Shown here in pieces: positions 10,022 to 19,785 of a DNA stretch of 64,000 nt. The DNA is taken from the NCBI GenBank assembly GCA_022773145.1, contig JALEYW010000061.1, positions 1,501 through 65,500 on the forward strand, given 5' to 3'. The notes beneath the pieces are model-generated. The model made no database searches. It saw only the letters and a program-made list of their open reading frames with translations, and had not been told where the DNA came from. The position numbers and the translations under genes are program-made. Numbering within the stretch: position 1 is the stretch's first letter; every line of letters begins with the position of its first letter. This DNA is from Bacteroidales bacterium (lineage in GTDB: Bacteria > Bacteroidota > Bacteroidia > Bacteroidales > Bacteroidaceae).

Positions 10022-12037
10022 ATGCCCAATCCCATCAATCACCTATTCACCTGCATCGTCCTGCTCTTGGCCGTCGGTGTCCTGCTGCCGGCAAAGGTTG
10101 GGGCGCAGGCCGCTACCGAAACCATGGTGAGCGTCAGCGTTCGGCAGCCCGGCACACTTCCCGATGTGATAGGTGATGCCCGGAAACATGCACTGACGAA
10201 CCTCGCCGTGGAAGGTGCGCTCAACGGCACCGACCTCCGCTACCTGCGCGAGATGGCAGGCAGCGACTTTCAGCAACAGCCCACCGAGGGCCGCCTGCGC
10301 CGGCTCGACCTCAGCAAGGCCACCTTCGTGCCCGGCGGTACACCTTATATATATAAGGACACCTGCCTTACCGTGCAGGGCGGCCCCTTGACACTTCCGC
10401 CTTTTGCCTTCCGTCATTGCAGGTTAGAGCAGGTAGAACTGCCCGGGCAGATGGATACCCTCGGCGTGGGGGCTTTCGAGTACTCTGCGCTGCGTAGCAT
10501 CCGTCTCCCCGAGAACGTGGTGGTGATGGACTGGGCTTTCAACCATTGCGACAGCCTTTCGCAGGTGGAGTTTCCCGAAATGGTGGCAGAGTTGGGATGG
10601 AATTGTTTCCGCGATTGCGGCTCGTTGCGCACGCTGCATTTGCACGACATCCAGTTCCTGTCTTACAGGGTGTTCCAACACGTTACGGGTTTGGAGGAAG
10701 TCATTGTCGATGGCACGCTCTGGCACGCCGACGGCTGGTTCTGCGATGACTGTCCGCAGCTGCAGCGCATCGAATTCAGCGGCGTGGTGCTGACGGCAGG
10801 CGGTCCGCCCATTGCATCCAACTGTCCCCGACTTTCCGAAATCATTTTCTCGGGGTTCAGTTTCCCCATCCATTATGGCGCGGTAGAGAACTGTCCGTTG
10901 GTGGAACGCTGCCGCGTAACGGGTAGCGTCATGGGATCGGGCAATGAGGACTTCCTGCCCGTTGTGAGCGATGTGTCCGCCATCAGTCCGACCCTGCTCC
11001 GCCATGCCTTCGATGCCGTCAGCAAGTTTGCCGCGCAGCCCAACAGGACCGCCATGCGGTCGGTGAAGAAAAACAACATCGTCCTGAAATTCCTTCCCCT
11101 CTTGGTGAAACGTGGCTGGAAGGACGAGGCTTTGCAGCTGCTCCGTTTCCTGGCCGACAGCGGTTTCCCCTATCCTTCCCAGATCACTTCCGACACGGTC
11201 TACGCCCCCTTGAAGTCCGACGCGGCCTTTGTGGCGGTGGTGGAGCAGATGAAGGAGAATGCCGATTTCCGGAAGATACTCCGCCAGTCGCCACCTTACG
11301 ACACAGGCTCGGCCTTCCGCCAGCCCGACCCGCCCCGCCTGACTTATGCCGCTGCCGACGACAGCCTTTTGCAGCGCATCCGCGCGTATTTCCAGGCGGA
11401 CTACATCGCCGGCTCGGGCGACGAACTGACACGCCTGAAGAATGTGATGTTCTGGGTACACGACCGCATTGCCCACCAAGGCAATTTCCTGCCCCGGACG
11501 CGCCACACCGCCATCGACCTCGTGGAGGGGTGCCAAAAGGCGGGACGCAAGGGCATGAACGCCCGGGGACAGGCCATCGTGCTGGCCGAACTTTACCTGT
11601 CGCTCGGCTGGCCGGCGCGCTTCATTACCTGTCAGTCAAATTACGAAGAAGATACGGATGCCACGGTGGTGACGGTGGTGTGGAGCTTCACGCTCGGCAA
11701 ATGGGTGATGATGGATGCCAGCATGGCGGCCTATGTGACGGACGAAAACGGCCTGCTGCTACACCCGGGCGAAATACGGCAACGCATGAAGGACAACAGG
11801 CCGCTGCTGCTCAACGAGGAGGCGAACTGGAACCGGAAAGAGAAGGTGACAAAGGAGCATTACTTGGACTACTACATGGCCAAGAACCTCTACTACCTGA
11901 GTACTTATGCGGAAAACAGGCCCGGCATAGATACGGAGTGGAATGCGGCATACTATACGCTGGCTCCGATGGGCGAGGAAGTAAATATTGGAAAAACAGT
12001 GTATGACGATGCGTGGTTTTGGCAGAAGCCTTTTTGA
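10022..12037 (+). CDS. Paralogous LRR + transglutaminase-like protein with degenerate catalytic residues
   Basis: Signal peptide, LRR repeats; MNARG and DATV replace LNCRG and DCHV; TATTTTTG -7 element at 9943-9950. Confidence 0.85.
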   Translation: MPNPINHLFTCIVLLLAVGVLLPAKVGAQAATETMVSVSVRQPGTLPDVIGDARKHALTNLAVEGALNGTDLRYLREMAGSDFQQQPTEGRLRRLDLSKATFVPGGTPYIYKDTCLTVQGGPLTLPPFAFRHCRLEQVELPGQMDTLGVGAFEYSALRSIRLPENVVVMDWAFNHCDSLSQVEFPEMVAELGWNCFRDCGSLRTLHLHDIQFLSYRVFQHVTGLEEVIVDGTLWHADGWFCDDCPQLQRIEFSGVVLTAGGPPIASNCPRLSEIIFSGFSFPIHYGAVENCPLVERCRVTGSVMGSGNEDFLPVVSDVSAISPTLLRHAFDAVSKFAAQPNRTAMRSVKKNNIVLKFLPLLVKRGWKDEALQLLRFLADSGFPYPSQITSDTVYAPLKSDAAFVAVVEQMKENADFRKILRQSPPYDTGSAFRQPDPPRLTYAAADDSLLQRIRAYFQADYIAGSGDELTRLKNVMFWVHDRIAHQGNFLPRTRHTAIDLVEGCQKAGRKGMNARGQAIVLAELYLSLGWPARFITCQSNYEEDTDATVVTVVWSFTLGKWVMMDASMAAYVTDENGLLLHPGEIRQRMKDNRPLLLNEEANWNRKEKVTKEHYLDYYMAKNLYYLSTYAENRPGIDTEWNAAYYTLAPMGEEVNIGKTVYDDAWFWQKPF

Positions 12038-12515
12038 ACAGGAGTGCCCCAAAGTCCGCGCCGACCTGATGGCTGTGGCGCTGTCGCTGCTTCCCGGAGC
12101 CGACGACGCGGAGGATGCCGTGCAGGACACGCTGCTGAAACTTTGGGCGGTCAGGGAACGGGTCGTCGATGCCCGTCATTTCCGCCACCTCGCCCTCAGC
12201 ATTGTGCGCCAGGTCAGTCTGAATATGCTGCGTAGCATGGCGGTGCGCCGCACCGATACGCTCATGGACCACATGGCCGTGCCGGCTTCCGACAACCCGC
12301 ACAGCCTGATGGAACAGCGCGAACTGACGCACCGGGCCCGTGATGTATGGCAAAGCCTGCCGCGTTCCCACCGCATCATCCTCCACATGAAAGAGGTGGA
12401 ACACCTCTCAACCGAAGAGATTGCCGCGCTCTTGGGCACTACGCCCGGCAACGTGCGCACCAGGCTGTCGAGAGCGAGAAAGGAAATGCTGACGCGGATG
12501 GCTAATGACCTATAA
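12003..12515 (+). CDS. ECF RNA polymerase sigma factor
   Basis: DAEDAVQDTLLKLW (region 2) and EEIAALLGTTPGNVRTRLSRARK (region 4); start uncertain (12003 or 12009), overlaps the upstream stop. Confidence 0.9.
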   Translation: MTMRGFGRSLFEQECPKVRADLMAVALSLLPGADDAEDAVQDTLLKLWAVRERVVDARHFRHLALSIVRQVSLNMLRSMAVRRTDTLMDHMAVPASDNPHSLMEQRELTHRARDVWQSLPRSHRIILHMKEVEHLSTEEIAALLGTTPGNVRTRLSRARKEMLTRMANDL

Positions 12516-12542
12516 ATATTAGAAGAAAGGGAAACAAGAATC

Positions 12543-12594
12543 GTCGCTCAGTTAGTTACTTTTTAACCTCATAACCTCATCATCTTTTAACCTC
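12543..12594. repeat. Half copy (right arm) of family P element
   Basis: gtcgctcagttagttactttttaacctcataacctcat resembles 7731-7770. Confidence 0.65.
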
Positions 12595-12619
12595 AAAAAG
12601 AATTTCAAGACTGTACGAT

Positions 12620-13234
12620 ATGAAAGAAGAAGAGATTGCAGATTTGTTACATCGCTATATGGAAGCGGAAACCACTGCCGCCGAGGAAGAACGGCTGCGG
12701 CGATATTTCCAGTCGGGTGCTTACGATGCGCGCTGGGCGGCTTATGCCCTGCTCTTCACCTCCGTACCCTCAGAAGGCGGCGCGCTGACTGATGCCGAGT
12801 GCGACGAAATCCTGTCGCTCTGCCCCGCTCCACCCACCACCCGCCTTGCCCGGCATCGCTGGTGGCGTTACGCCGCCGTATGGATGGGCGGCCTGCTGAT
12901 AGGCGGCGGGGGCATGTGGCTGGCAGGCAGACATGCCAGTTCTTCGGACGGCATGGACGGGGCACAGGCCGTACGCTCGTCCGTTGTCGATACACTGTAT
13001 TGCGAACGGGTAATAACGCGGCGCGACACGGTCTACATCGTACAGATACAATCCGCTCCCGCCTCACGCCCGACACCTTCCCCGTCACCGACTCATCCGG
13101 CCGCCGGACGGACTGCCCCGGCTACGCCTCAGCACGCTCCGGCAGAAGAGGAACCGCAGCGCGAAGCGCCGGCAACCGTCCCCGAAGCACCTTGGTTGCA
13201 AACCGGCAATGTGGCCAACTTGGCAGTCAGATAA
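12620..13234 (+). CDS. Putative anti-sigma factor (single TM, Pro-rich C-terminus)
   Basis: LLHRYMEAETTAAEEERLRRYF N-terminus typical of Bacteroidetes anti-sigmas; TM segment; directly follows the ECF sigma. Confidence 0.75.
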   Translation: MKEEEIADLLHRYMEAETTAAEEERLRRYFQSGAYDARWAAYALLFTSVPSEGGALTDAECDEILSLCPAPPTTRLARHRWWRYAAVWMGGLLIGGGGMWLAGRHASSSDGMDGAQAVRSSVVDTLYCERVITRRDTVYIVQIQSAPASRPTPSPSPTHPAAGRTAPATPQHAPAEEEPQREAPATVPEAPWLQTGNVANLAVR

Positions 13235-13398
13235 TACGACCGCGCGGAACTTAGCGGACTGGATAGAAAGAACCGGAAGCGGTGTCGGACTGATACTTCA
13301 TCTGTATGTCTCAAAAAATCCTGAAGCTTTGATTTTCGACAATTTTACTCAGCACTCCCACTATCATTCTTTTCTTCTTTTCCAGCATATGCAATAGG

Positions 13399-13485
13399 TG
13401 TTCCCCAACTCCTGGCTTTGGTGTTTACAAGTCCCGAACTATTTTTCTCTACACGGCGAGTTGAGAAAAATAGTCCGGGACTTGT
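13399..13485. repeat. 21-bp period degenerate array (composite element copy 1)
   Basis: Four 21-mers with an ASTC-NNN-GAST-like core, ending aaatagtccgggacttgt. Confidence 0.75.
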
Positions 13486-13616
13486 GAAGGGTGAAACGCA
13501 GTGGGTTATCAGCGGTGTGCAGGCTGTCTATAAGAATCAACCATTCTCAAAGTATGCCATTGTAATCCATGGACACCTGTCAGCATATACATTTTGCACA
13601 GCCTTCACCTACCTAT

Positions 13617-13947
13617 TCGCGCGCGTATATACGTATTTTATTTCCCCAAAAAAGCATTCACCCCTTCACACAAGGGAATTTTATCGCTGATTTTCAGGTA
13701 CTTTAAGTGTGAAGGCTTGCATTCTGAAGTATTCACACCGCAGGAGAAGACATGGTGAAGGAAGATACAACAACCTTTCACACCTGAAACAGGATGAAAA
13801 CTAACAGAAAGGCAACAGGAAACGAGCTGTCTGCTGTGAAGGGTTGAAAATTCAACCCTTCACACTTAAAACCCATAAAAATCGGCAAGAAACACACCAC
13901 ATGTGAAGGAGTGAATGCTTTTTTCGAGAAAAAAATAACGTATATAG
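13617..13947. repeat. ~330-bp element with ~120-bp imperfect inverted arms (family L, copy 1)
   Basis: cgcgcgcgtatatacgt...aaaaaagcattcaccccttcaca / tgtgaaggagtgaatgcttttttcg...acgtatata; homologous to 33201 and 46824. Confidence 0.85.
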
Positions 13948-14048
13948 AGGAGCAAAAATCCGATATTTCCCAAGCTTTCACCAACAAGCGACAACAATCA
14001 GAAATCAAAAAAAATAAATTAGAAACTTTCGTTTTGTAAAAATATTCC

Positions 14049-14056
14049 TATTTTTG
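14049..14056 (+). promoter_or_regulatory. -7 promoter element of leu operon
   Basis: TATTTTTG matches TAnnTTTG. Confidence 0.65.
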
Positions 14057-14151
14057 CCACACAAAAGAGCACGGAATGCGGTCCATCAGGTAAAATAAAC
14101 CACAACCTCCCTGCGTTTGGCCGACCCACCGACACAAAAAAACAAAAGCAC

Positions 14152-14226
14152 ATGGCAAATTCCGCCCTTCACATTTTCCGACTGAGCATACTAATCAGCC
14201 TGCGTGCAAACGGCACGCGGAAGTAA
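14152..14226 (+). CDS. Leu/Ile-rich leader peptide (24 aa)
   Basis: MANSALHIFRLSILISLRANGTRK*: 4 Leu and 3 Ile codons including adjacent ATA-CTA; lies upstream of leuA. Confidence 0.75.
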   Translation: MANSALHIFRLSILISLRANGTRK

Positions 14227-14245
14227 GAGGTATGCACGGAAAACG

Positions 14246-14322
14246 AACGATTTCGTTAAGCCAAATGAGCAAAGCCAAACTTGTTTGAGCTTTGCCATGG
14301 CGAGAAATTGCACTTTTAAGAA
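14246..14322 (+). repeat. Family A hairpin mini-element inside the leu leader
   Basis: 2 mismatches versus 3137-3213; hairpin gcaaagccaaac-tt-gtttgagctttgc. Confidence 0.9.
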
Positions 14323-14358
14323 AGAATGCTTGTTTGCCTTGCTTTTCCCATAACCATT

Positions 14359-14403
14359 AAGCCTCACTTCCCAATCATTTGACGGAGGTGAGGCTTCTGC
14401 TTA
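14359..14403 (+). terminator. Attenuator terminator hairpin
   Basis: aagcctcacttcc / ggaggtgaggctt 13-bp stem with one G-U; weak U tail. Confidence 0.7.
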
Positions 14404-14439
14404 TGCTGACAACGAAACAAACACAAAATAACAAACTGT

Positions 14440-15936
14440 ATGAACGACAGACTTTACATATTCGACACCACGCTCCGCGACGGAGAACAAGTGCCGGGCT
14501 GCCAACTCAACACGGTGGAAAAAATCCAAGTGGCGAAGCAGCTTGAAACGCTTGGCGTGGACGTCATCGAAGCGGGATTTCCTATCTCCAGTCCCGGCGA
14601 CTTCAATTCGGTCATCGAAATCTCCAAAGCTGTAACGTGGCCCACCATCTGTGCCCTCACCCGCGCGGTGGAGAAGGACATTGACTGCGCTGCCGAAGCG
14701 CTCCGCTTCGCCAAACGCAAGCGCATCCACACGGGTATCGGCACGAGCGACAGCCACATCCGCTACAAGTTCAACTCCAACCGCGAGGAAATTATTGAAC
14801 GCGCTGTGGCAGCGGTGAAATATGCCAAGCGCTACGTGGAGGACGTGGAATTTTACGCCGAGGATGCGGGACGCACGGACAATGAATACCTGGCCCGCGT
14901 GGTCGAAGCTGTCATCAAGGCGGGTGCCACCGTGGTGAACATCCCCGACACGACGGGCTACTGCCTGCCCCACGAGTACGGCGCGAAAATCAAATACCTC
15001 TGCGACCACGTGGACGGCATTGACCGCGCCATCATTTCCACCCACTGCCACAACGACCTGGGCATGGCCACGGCCTGCACCCTGGCGGGTGTGCTGAACG
15101 GCGCACGCCAGGTGGAAGTGACGGTGAACGGTATCGGCGAACGAGCCGGCAACACGTCGGAGGAGGAGATTGCCATGATCCTGAAGTGCCACCACCTGGG
15201 CATCGACACGAATATTAACACACGGAAAATCGCTGCCACCTCGCGCATGGTGAGCTCGCTCATGAACATGCCCGTGCAGGCCAACAAGGCCATCGTGGGC
15301 CGCAACGCCTTTGCCCACTCCAGCGGCATCCACCAGGACGGCGTACTGAAAAACGTGGAAACTTACGAAATCATCAACCCGAAGGAGGTGGGCATCGATG
15401 ACAACTCGATTATCCTCACCGCCCGCTCGGGCCACGCCGCCCTGAAGCACCGCCTCGAAGTGCTCGGTGTGGAAGTAGCGGAGGAGAAGCTGAACGACAT
15501 CTACCAGCGTTTCTTAGCCTTGGCAGACAAAAAGAAGGAGGTGACGGACGATGACATCCTCGTGCTGGCCGGTGCTGAACGGGCGGCCTCACACAACATC
15601 AAGCTGGATTACCTGCAGGTGACGAGCGGCCACGGCGTGCGTCCCGTGGCAGCCATCGTGCTGGACATTGCGGGCGAGAAATTCCAGGCTGCCGCCGAAG
15701 GCAACGGTCCGGTGGACGCAGCCATCAACGCCCTGAAGCAAATCATCCACCGGCAGATGACGCTGAAGGAGTTTACCATCCAAGCCATCAACCGGGGCTC
15801 GAACGACGTGGGCAAGGTCCACATGCAGGTGGAGTACAACGGCTCCGTATACTACGGTTTCGGTGCCAACACGGACATCGTGGCCGCCAGCGTGGAGGCC
15901 TATATCGATGCCATCAACAGTTTCAAGAAATCATAG
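14440..15936 (+). CDS. leuA: 2-isopropylmalate synthase
   Basis: [25 protein letters not shown] and HSSGIHQDG motifs. Confidence 0.97.
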   Translation: MNDRLYIFDTTLRDGEQVPGCQLNTVEKIQVAKQLETLGVDVIEAGFPISSPGDFNSVIEISKAVTWPTICALTRAVEKDIDCAAEALRFAKRKRIHTGIGTSDSHIRYKFNSNREEIIERAVAAVKYAKRYVEDVEFYAEDAGRTDNEYLARVVEAVIKAGATVVNIPDTTGYCLPHEYGAKIKYLCDHVDGIDRAIISTHCHNDLGMATACTLAGVLNGARQVEVTVNGIGERAGNTSEEEIAMILKCHHLGIDTNINTRKIAATSRMVSSLMNMPVQANKAIVGRNAFAHSSGIHQDGVLKNVETYEIINPKEVGIDDNSIILTARSGHAALKHRLEVLGVEVAEEKLNDIYQRFLALADKKKEVTDDDILVLAGAERAASHNIKLDYLQVTSGHGVRPVAAIVLDIAGEKFQAAAEGNGPVDAAINALKQIIHRQMTLKEFTIQAINRGSNDVGKVHMQVEYNGSVYYGFGANTDIVAASVEAYIDAINSFKKS

Positions 15937-15952
15937 CGCTGCGAGCTCCCAT

Positions 15953-16086
15953 GTCGCTTCGCGTAGGTTATGAGCTATGAGGTTATGAGGTTACTCTTTG
16001 AGCAAGTGAAGCCTTTAGCCCGTAATATTATAACCTCATAACCCCATAACCTCATAACCTGCGCGAAGCGCAACACCTCATAACCC
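15953..16086. repeat. Family P palindromic element
   Basis: Core is the reverse complement of the core at 7702-7756; 9-mer arms; gcgcgaagcgc mini-hairpin. Confidence 0.9.
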
Positions 16087-16119
16087 TCGAATATATACCC
16101 CCAAACATACACAGTACGC

Positions 16120-17496
16120 ATGAACACTCTTTTCGACAAAATCTGGGACAGCCACGTCGTGCAGCACGTGGAAGACGGTCCCGACCAACTGTATATTGAC
16201 CGCCTCTATGCCCACGAAGTGACCAGTCCGCAGGCATTCGCCGGTATGCGGGCACGCGGCCTGAAGTGTTTCCGTCCGGACCATATCTACTGTATGCCCG
16301 ACCACAACACGCCCACCCACGACCAGGACAAGCCTATCGAAGATCCCGTTTCGAAGAAACAGGTGGACACGCTGGAACAGAACTGCCGCGACTTCGGCCT
16401 CACGCACTTCGGCATGCTCCACCCCAACAACGGCATCATCCACGTGGTAGGGCCGGAACTCGGCCTTTCCCTCCCCGGCATGACCATCGTGTGCGGCGAC
16501 TCGCACACGTCGACCCATGGTGCCATGGGTGCCGTGGCCTTCGGAATCGGCACGTCGGAGGTGGAGATGGTGATGGCCTCGCAGTGCATCCTTCAGGCCA
16601 AACCGAAATCCATGCGCATCAACGTGGAGGGCACTTTAGGCAAGGGCGTTACCGCCAAGGACGTGGCCCTCTACCTCATGAGCCAGCTCTCCACGAGCGG
16701 TGCCACGGGCTATTTTGTGGAATATGCGGGCAGCGCGGTGCGCTCCCTCACGATGGAAGGCCGCCTCACGCTTTGCAACCTCTCCATTGAGATGGGCGCT
16801 CGTGGCGGCTTTATAGCCCCGGACGAAGTTACATTTGCCTACCTGAAAGGACGCCCCAACGCTCCGCAGGGCGAGGCTTGGGACAAGGCCGTGGAGGAAT
16901 GGAGCCGGCTGAAGAGCGGCGACGATGCCGTGTTCGACAAGGAGCTGACTTTCCGCGCCGAGGACATCGAACCGATGATTACCTACGGCACGAACCCCGG
17001 TATGGGCATCGGCATCACGCAGCACATCCCCGCGCCACAAAACGCTTCGGACGAGAAAGCCCTGAAGTATATGCAGTTTGCGGGCGGCGAGGCGATGCTG
17101 GGCAAGCAGGTGGACTACGTGTTCCTCGGTGCCTGCACCAATGGCCGCATTGAGGACTTCCGTGCCTTTGCCTCTATCGTGAAAGGCCGACAGAAGGCGG
17201 CAAACATCACGGCTTGGCTCGTGCCGGGCTCGTGGCGCGTGCTGGACCAAATCAAGGCCGAAGGGCTCGACAAGGTGCTGGCCGATGCGGGCTTTGCCAT
17301 CCGCCAACCGGGATGCTCAGCCTGTCTGGCGATGAACGACGACAAAATCCCTGCCGGCAAACTGGCTGTCTCCACGTCGAACCGCAACTTTGAAGGCCGC
17401 CAAGGTCCGGGCTCACGCACGTGTCTGGCTTCGCCGCTCGTTGCAGCGGCTGCAGCCGTTACGGGAGTCATCACCGACCCACGCACACTTTTTTAA
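16120..17496 (+). CDS. leuC: 3-isopropylmalate dehydratase large subunit
   Basis: [34 protein letters not shown] and [12 protein letters not shown] motifs. Confidence 0.97.
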   Translation: MNTLFDKIWDSHVVQHVEDGPDQLYIDRLYAHEVTSPQAFAGMRARGLKCFRPDHIYCMPDHNTPTHDQDKPIEDPVSKKQVDTLEQNCRDFGLTHFGMLHPNNGIIHVVGPELGLSLPGMTIVCGDSHTSTHGAMGAVAFGIGTSEVEMVMASQCILQAKPKSMRINVEGTLGKGVTAKDVALYLMSQLSTSGATGYFVEYAGSAVRSLTMEGRLTLCNLSIEMGARGGFIAPDEVTFAYLKGRPNAPQGEAWDKAVEEWSRLKSGDDAVFDKELTFRAEDIEPMITYGTNPGMGIGITQHIPAPQNASDEKALKYMQFAGGEAMLGKQVDYVFLGACTNGRIEDFRAFASIVKGRQKAANITAWLVPGSWRVLDQIKAEGLDKVLADAGFAIRQPGCSACLAMNDDKIPAGKLAVSTSNRNFEGRQGPGSRTCLASPLVAAAAAVTGVITDPRTLF

Positions 17497-17637
17497 TGTA
17501 TAATGTATAATGAAGAATGTAAAATGAAGCCTACGGCTTCGAACCTAAACGTGCTTCGTCCTATATGTCGGTCGTAGACCTCACAATACATTATTCATTA
17601 TACAATATCTCATTATTCATTACACATTATACATTAC
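17494..17637. repeat. Palindromic element with 7-mer (TAATGTA/TACATTA) arms
   Basis: taatgta-taatgta-taatgaa-gaatgta...ttcatta-cacatta-tacatta. Confidence 0.8.
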
Positions 17638-17639
17638 TC

Positions 17640-18230
17640 ATGAAACAACCCTTCCACATCATAGAGAGCACCTGTGTGCCTCTCCCTCTTGAGAACGTCG
17701 ATACCGACCAAATCATCCCTGCCCGTTTCCTCAAAGCCACCGACAAGGAGGGCTTCGGCGAAAACCTTTTCCGCGACTGGCGCTACAACGCCGACGGCTC
17801 ACCGAAGGATTTCGTGCTGAACGACCCCACTTATTCGGGCTGCGTGCTCGTGGCGGGACGCAACTTCGGTAGCGGCTCCAGCCGCGAACACGCCGCCTGG
17901 GCCATTGCGGGCTACGGCTTCCGTGTGGTCATCAGTTCCTTCTTTGCCGACATCCACAAGCAGAACGAGCTGAACAACTTCGTGCTGCCCGTGGTGGTAA
18001 GCGAAGGCTTCCTCTCTCGTCTTTTTGAGGCCATCACTGCCGACCCCAAAATGCAGGTGCGCATCGACTTGCCCAACCAAACGGTGACGAACCTTGCCAC
18101 AGGCGAGAGCGAACACTTCGACATCAACGGCTACAAGAAATACTGCCTCGAAAACGCCCTTGACGACATCGACTTCCTCGTGCAGAGCAAGGACAAGATT
18201 GCCCAATGGGAAGCCGCACACCAAGCATAA
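17640..18230 (+). CDS. leuD: 3-isopropylmalate dehydratase small subunit
   Basis: NVDTDQIIPARFLK and NFGSGSSREHA motifs; start at MKQPF. Confidence 0.96.
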   Translation: MKQPFHIIESTCVPLPLENVDTDQIIPARFLKATDKEGFGENLFRDWRYNADGSPKDFVLNDPTYSGCVLVAGRNFGSGSSREHAAWAIAGYGFRVVISSFFADIHKQNELNNFVLPVVVSEGFLSRLFEAITADPKMQVRIDLPNQTVTNLATGESEHFDINGYKKYCLENALDDIDFLVQSKDKIAQWEAAHQA

Positions 18231-18252
18231 CACTTAACCTCGCACTCCCTCT

Positions 18253-19758
18253 ATGGAAATCATGGACACCACCCTCCGCGATGGGGAACAGACCAGCGGC
18301 GTGTCGTTCGTACCGCACGAAAAACTGCAAATCGCAAAGATGTTGCTGCGCGAAGTGAAGGTTGACCGCATCGAAGTGGCCTCCGCCCGCGTCAGCGATG
18401 GCGAGAAAAAGGCTGTGACAGATATCTGTCAGTGGGCCGCACGCCACGGGATGCTCGAAGCCGTGGAGGTGCTGGGCTTTGTTGACAAAGGGGTTTCGCT
18501 TCGCTGGATTAACGACTGCGGCGGCCGTGTGATTAACCTTTTATGCAAAGGCTCACGCCGCCACTGCGAACTCCAACTCCACAAAACACCCGAACAACAC
18601 ATTGCGGATATCTGCAGCGAAATTGACCATGCCCATTCCTTGGGCATCACCGTCAATGTCTATCTCGAAGACTGGTCCAACGGCATGAAGGACTCGCCCG
18701 AGTATGTCTACCAGCTCGTCGATGCACTCAGCCAGCAGCGCGTCCGCCGCTTCATGTTGCCCGACACCCTCGGCGTGCTCGACCCCCTCTCTGCCGTGAG
18801 CCATTTCCGCAAAATGCGCAAGCGCTACCCCTCACTCCACTTCGACTTCCACGCCCACAACGACTACGACCTCGCCATTGCCAACGTTTCGGCAGCGGTA
18901 CTCTGCGGCTGCCAGGGCATACACACGGCAGTGAACGGCCTGGGAGAACGGGCGGGCAACGCGCCCTTGGCGAGCGTACAGGCCATCCTGCATGACCACT
19001 TCGACATAGCCACACGCATCGACGAAAGCAAGCTCTTCAGCATATCGCGCCTCGTGGAGAGCTACAGCGGCATCGCCGTGCCGGCCAATAAGCCGATTGT
19101 GGGCGAAAGCGTATTTACACAAGTGGCAGGAGTGCACGCCGACGGCGACAACAAGTCGAACCTTTACTGCAACGCCCTCCTGCCCGAACGCTTCGGCCGG
19201 CAGCGTGAATACGCTCTCGGCAAGAACAGCGGCAAGGCGAACATCCTGAAAAACCTTGAAACCTACGGCTTGGAACTCACGCCGGAACAAACGCGCCGTG
19301 TGACGGAACGCATCATCGAACTGGGCGACAAGAAGGAAATGGTGACGCAGGACGACTTGCCCTACATCGTGAACGACGTCTTGAAGCACGACGCGCCGGA
19401 GGACAAGGTGAAACTCATCAGCTACCTCGTCACCACGGCCTATGGCCTGAAGCCGACGGCGCAGCTGAAGATGGAAATCGAAGGCACGTGCTACGAAGCG
19501 CACGCCACGGGCGACGGTCAGTATGATGCTTTCATGCGCGGTGTGCGCGACATCTACAAGCACCGCCTGGGCCGCCCCTTCCCCATGCTCACGGGCTACT
19601 ATGTAACGATTCCGCCCGGCGGACGCACCGATGCTTTCGTGCAGACGGTCATCACCTGGGAACACGAAGGGAAAACCATCCGCACCCGAGGCCTGGATGC
19701 CGACCAGACGGACGCTGCCATCAAGGCTACTCTGAAAATGCTCAACATGATACAATAA
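18253..19758 (+). CDS. cimA: (R)-citramalate synthase / second IPMS-family enzyme
   Basis: [32 protein letters not shown] and GVHADGD motifs; position between leuD and leuB as in Bacteroidetes. Confidence 0.8.
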   Translation: MEIMDTTLRDGEQTSGVSFVPHEKLQIAKMLLREVKVDRIEVASARVSDGEKKAVTDICQWAARHGMLEAVEVLGFVDKGVSLRWINDCGGRVINLLCKGSRRHCELQLHKTPEQHIADICSEIDHAHSLGITVNVYLEDWSNGMKDSPEYVYQLVDALSQQRVRRFMLPDTLGVLDPLSAVSHFRKMRKRYPSLHFDFHAHNDYDLAIANVSAAVLCGCQGIHTAVNGLGERAGNAPLASVQAILHDHFDIATRIDESKLFSISRLVESYSGIAVPANKPIVGESVFTQVAGVHADGDNKSNLYCNALLPERFGRQREYALGKNSGKANILKNLETYGLELTPEQTRRVTERIIELGDKKEMVTQDDLPYIVNDVLKHDAPEDKVKLISYLVTTAYGLKPTAQLKMEIEGTCYEAHATGDGQYDAFMRGVRDIYKHRLGRPFPMLTGYYVTIPPGGRTDAFVQTVITWEHEGKTIRTRGLDADQTDAAIKATLKMLNMIQ

Positions 19759-19785
19759 CCTCTCAACGAATTATTCTCTCACAAC

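Noticed and set aside
8464-10038. Long antisense ORFs (also 27835-29394, 38715-40835, 50125-51711, 55785-57458, 57882-59408)
   Set aside because: Shadow frames of GC-rich genes on the opposite strand, with no recognisable motifs.
7990-10860. Diversity-generating retroelement template/variable repeat pair
   Set aside because: Differences between the paralogs are not confined to adenines and there is no reverse transcriptase gene.
13617-13947. Family L as an invertible promoter or CRP-box cluster
   Set aside because: Arms are long and imperfect, no recombinase is nearby, and the TGTGA...TCACA spacing is far longer than CRP's N6.
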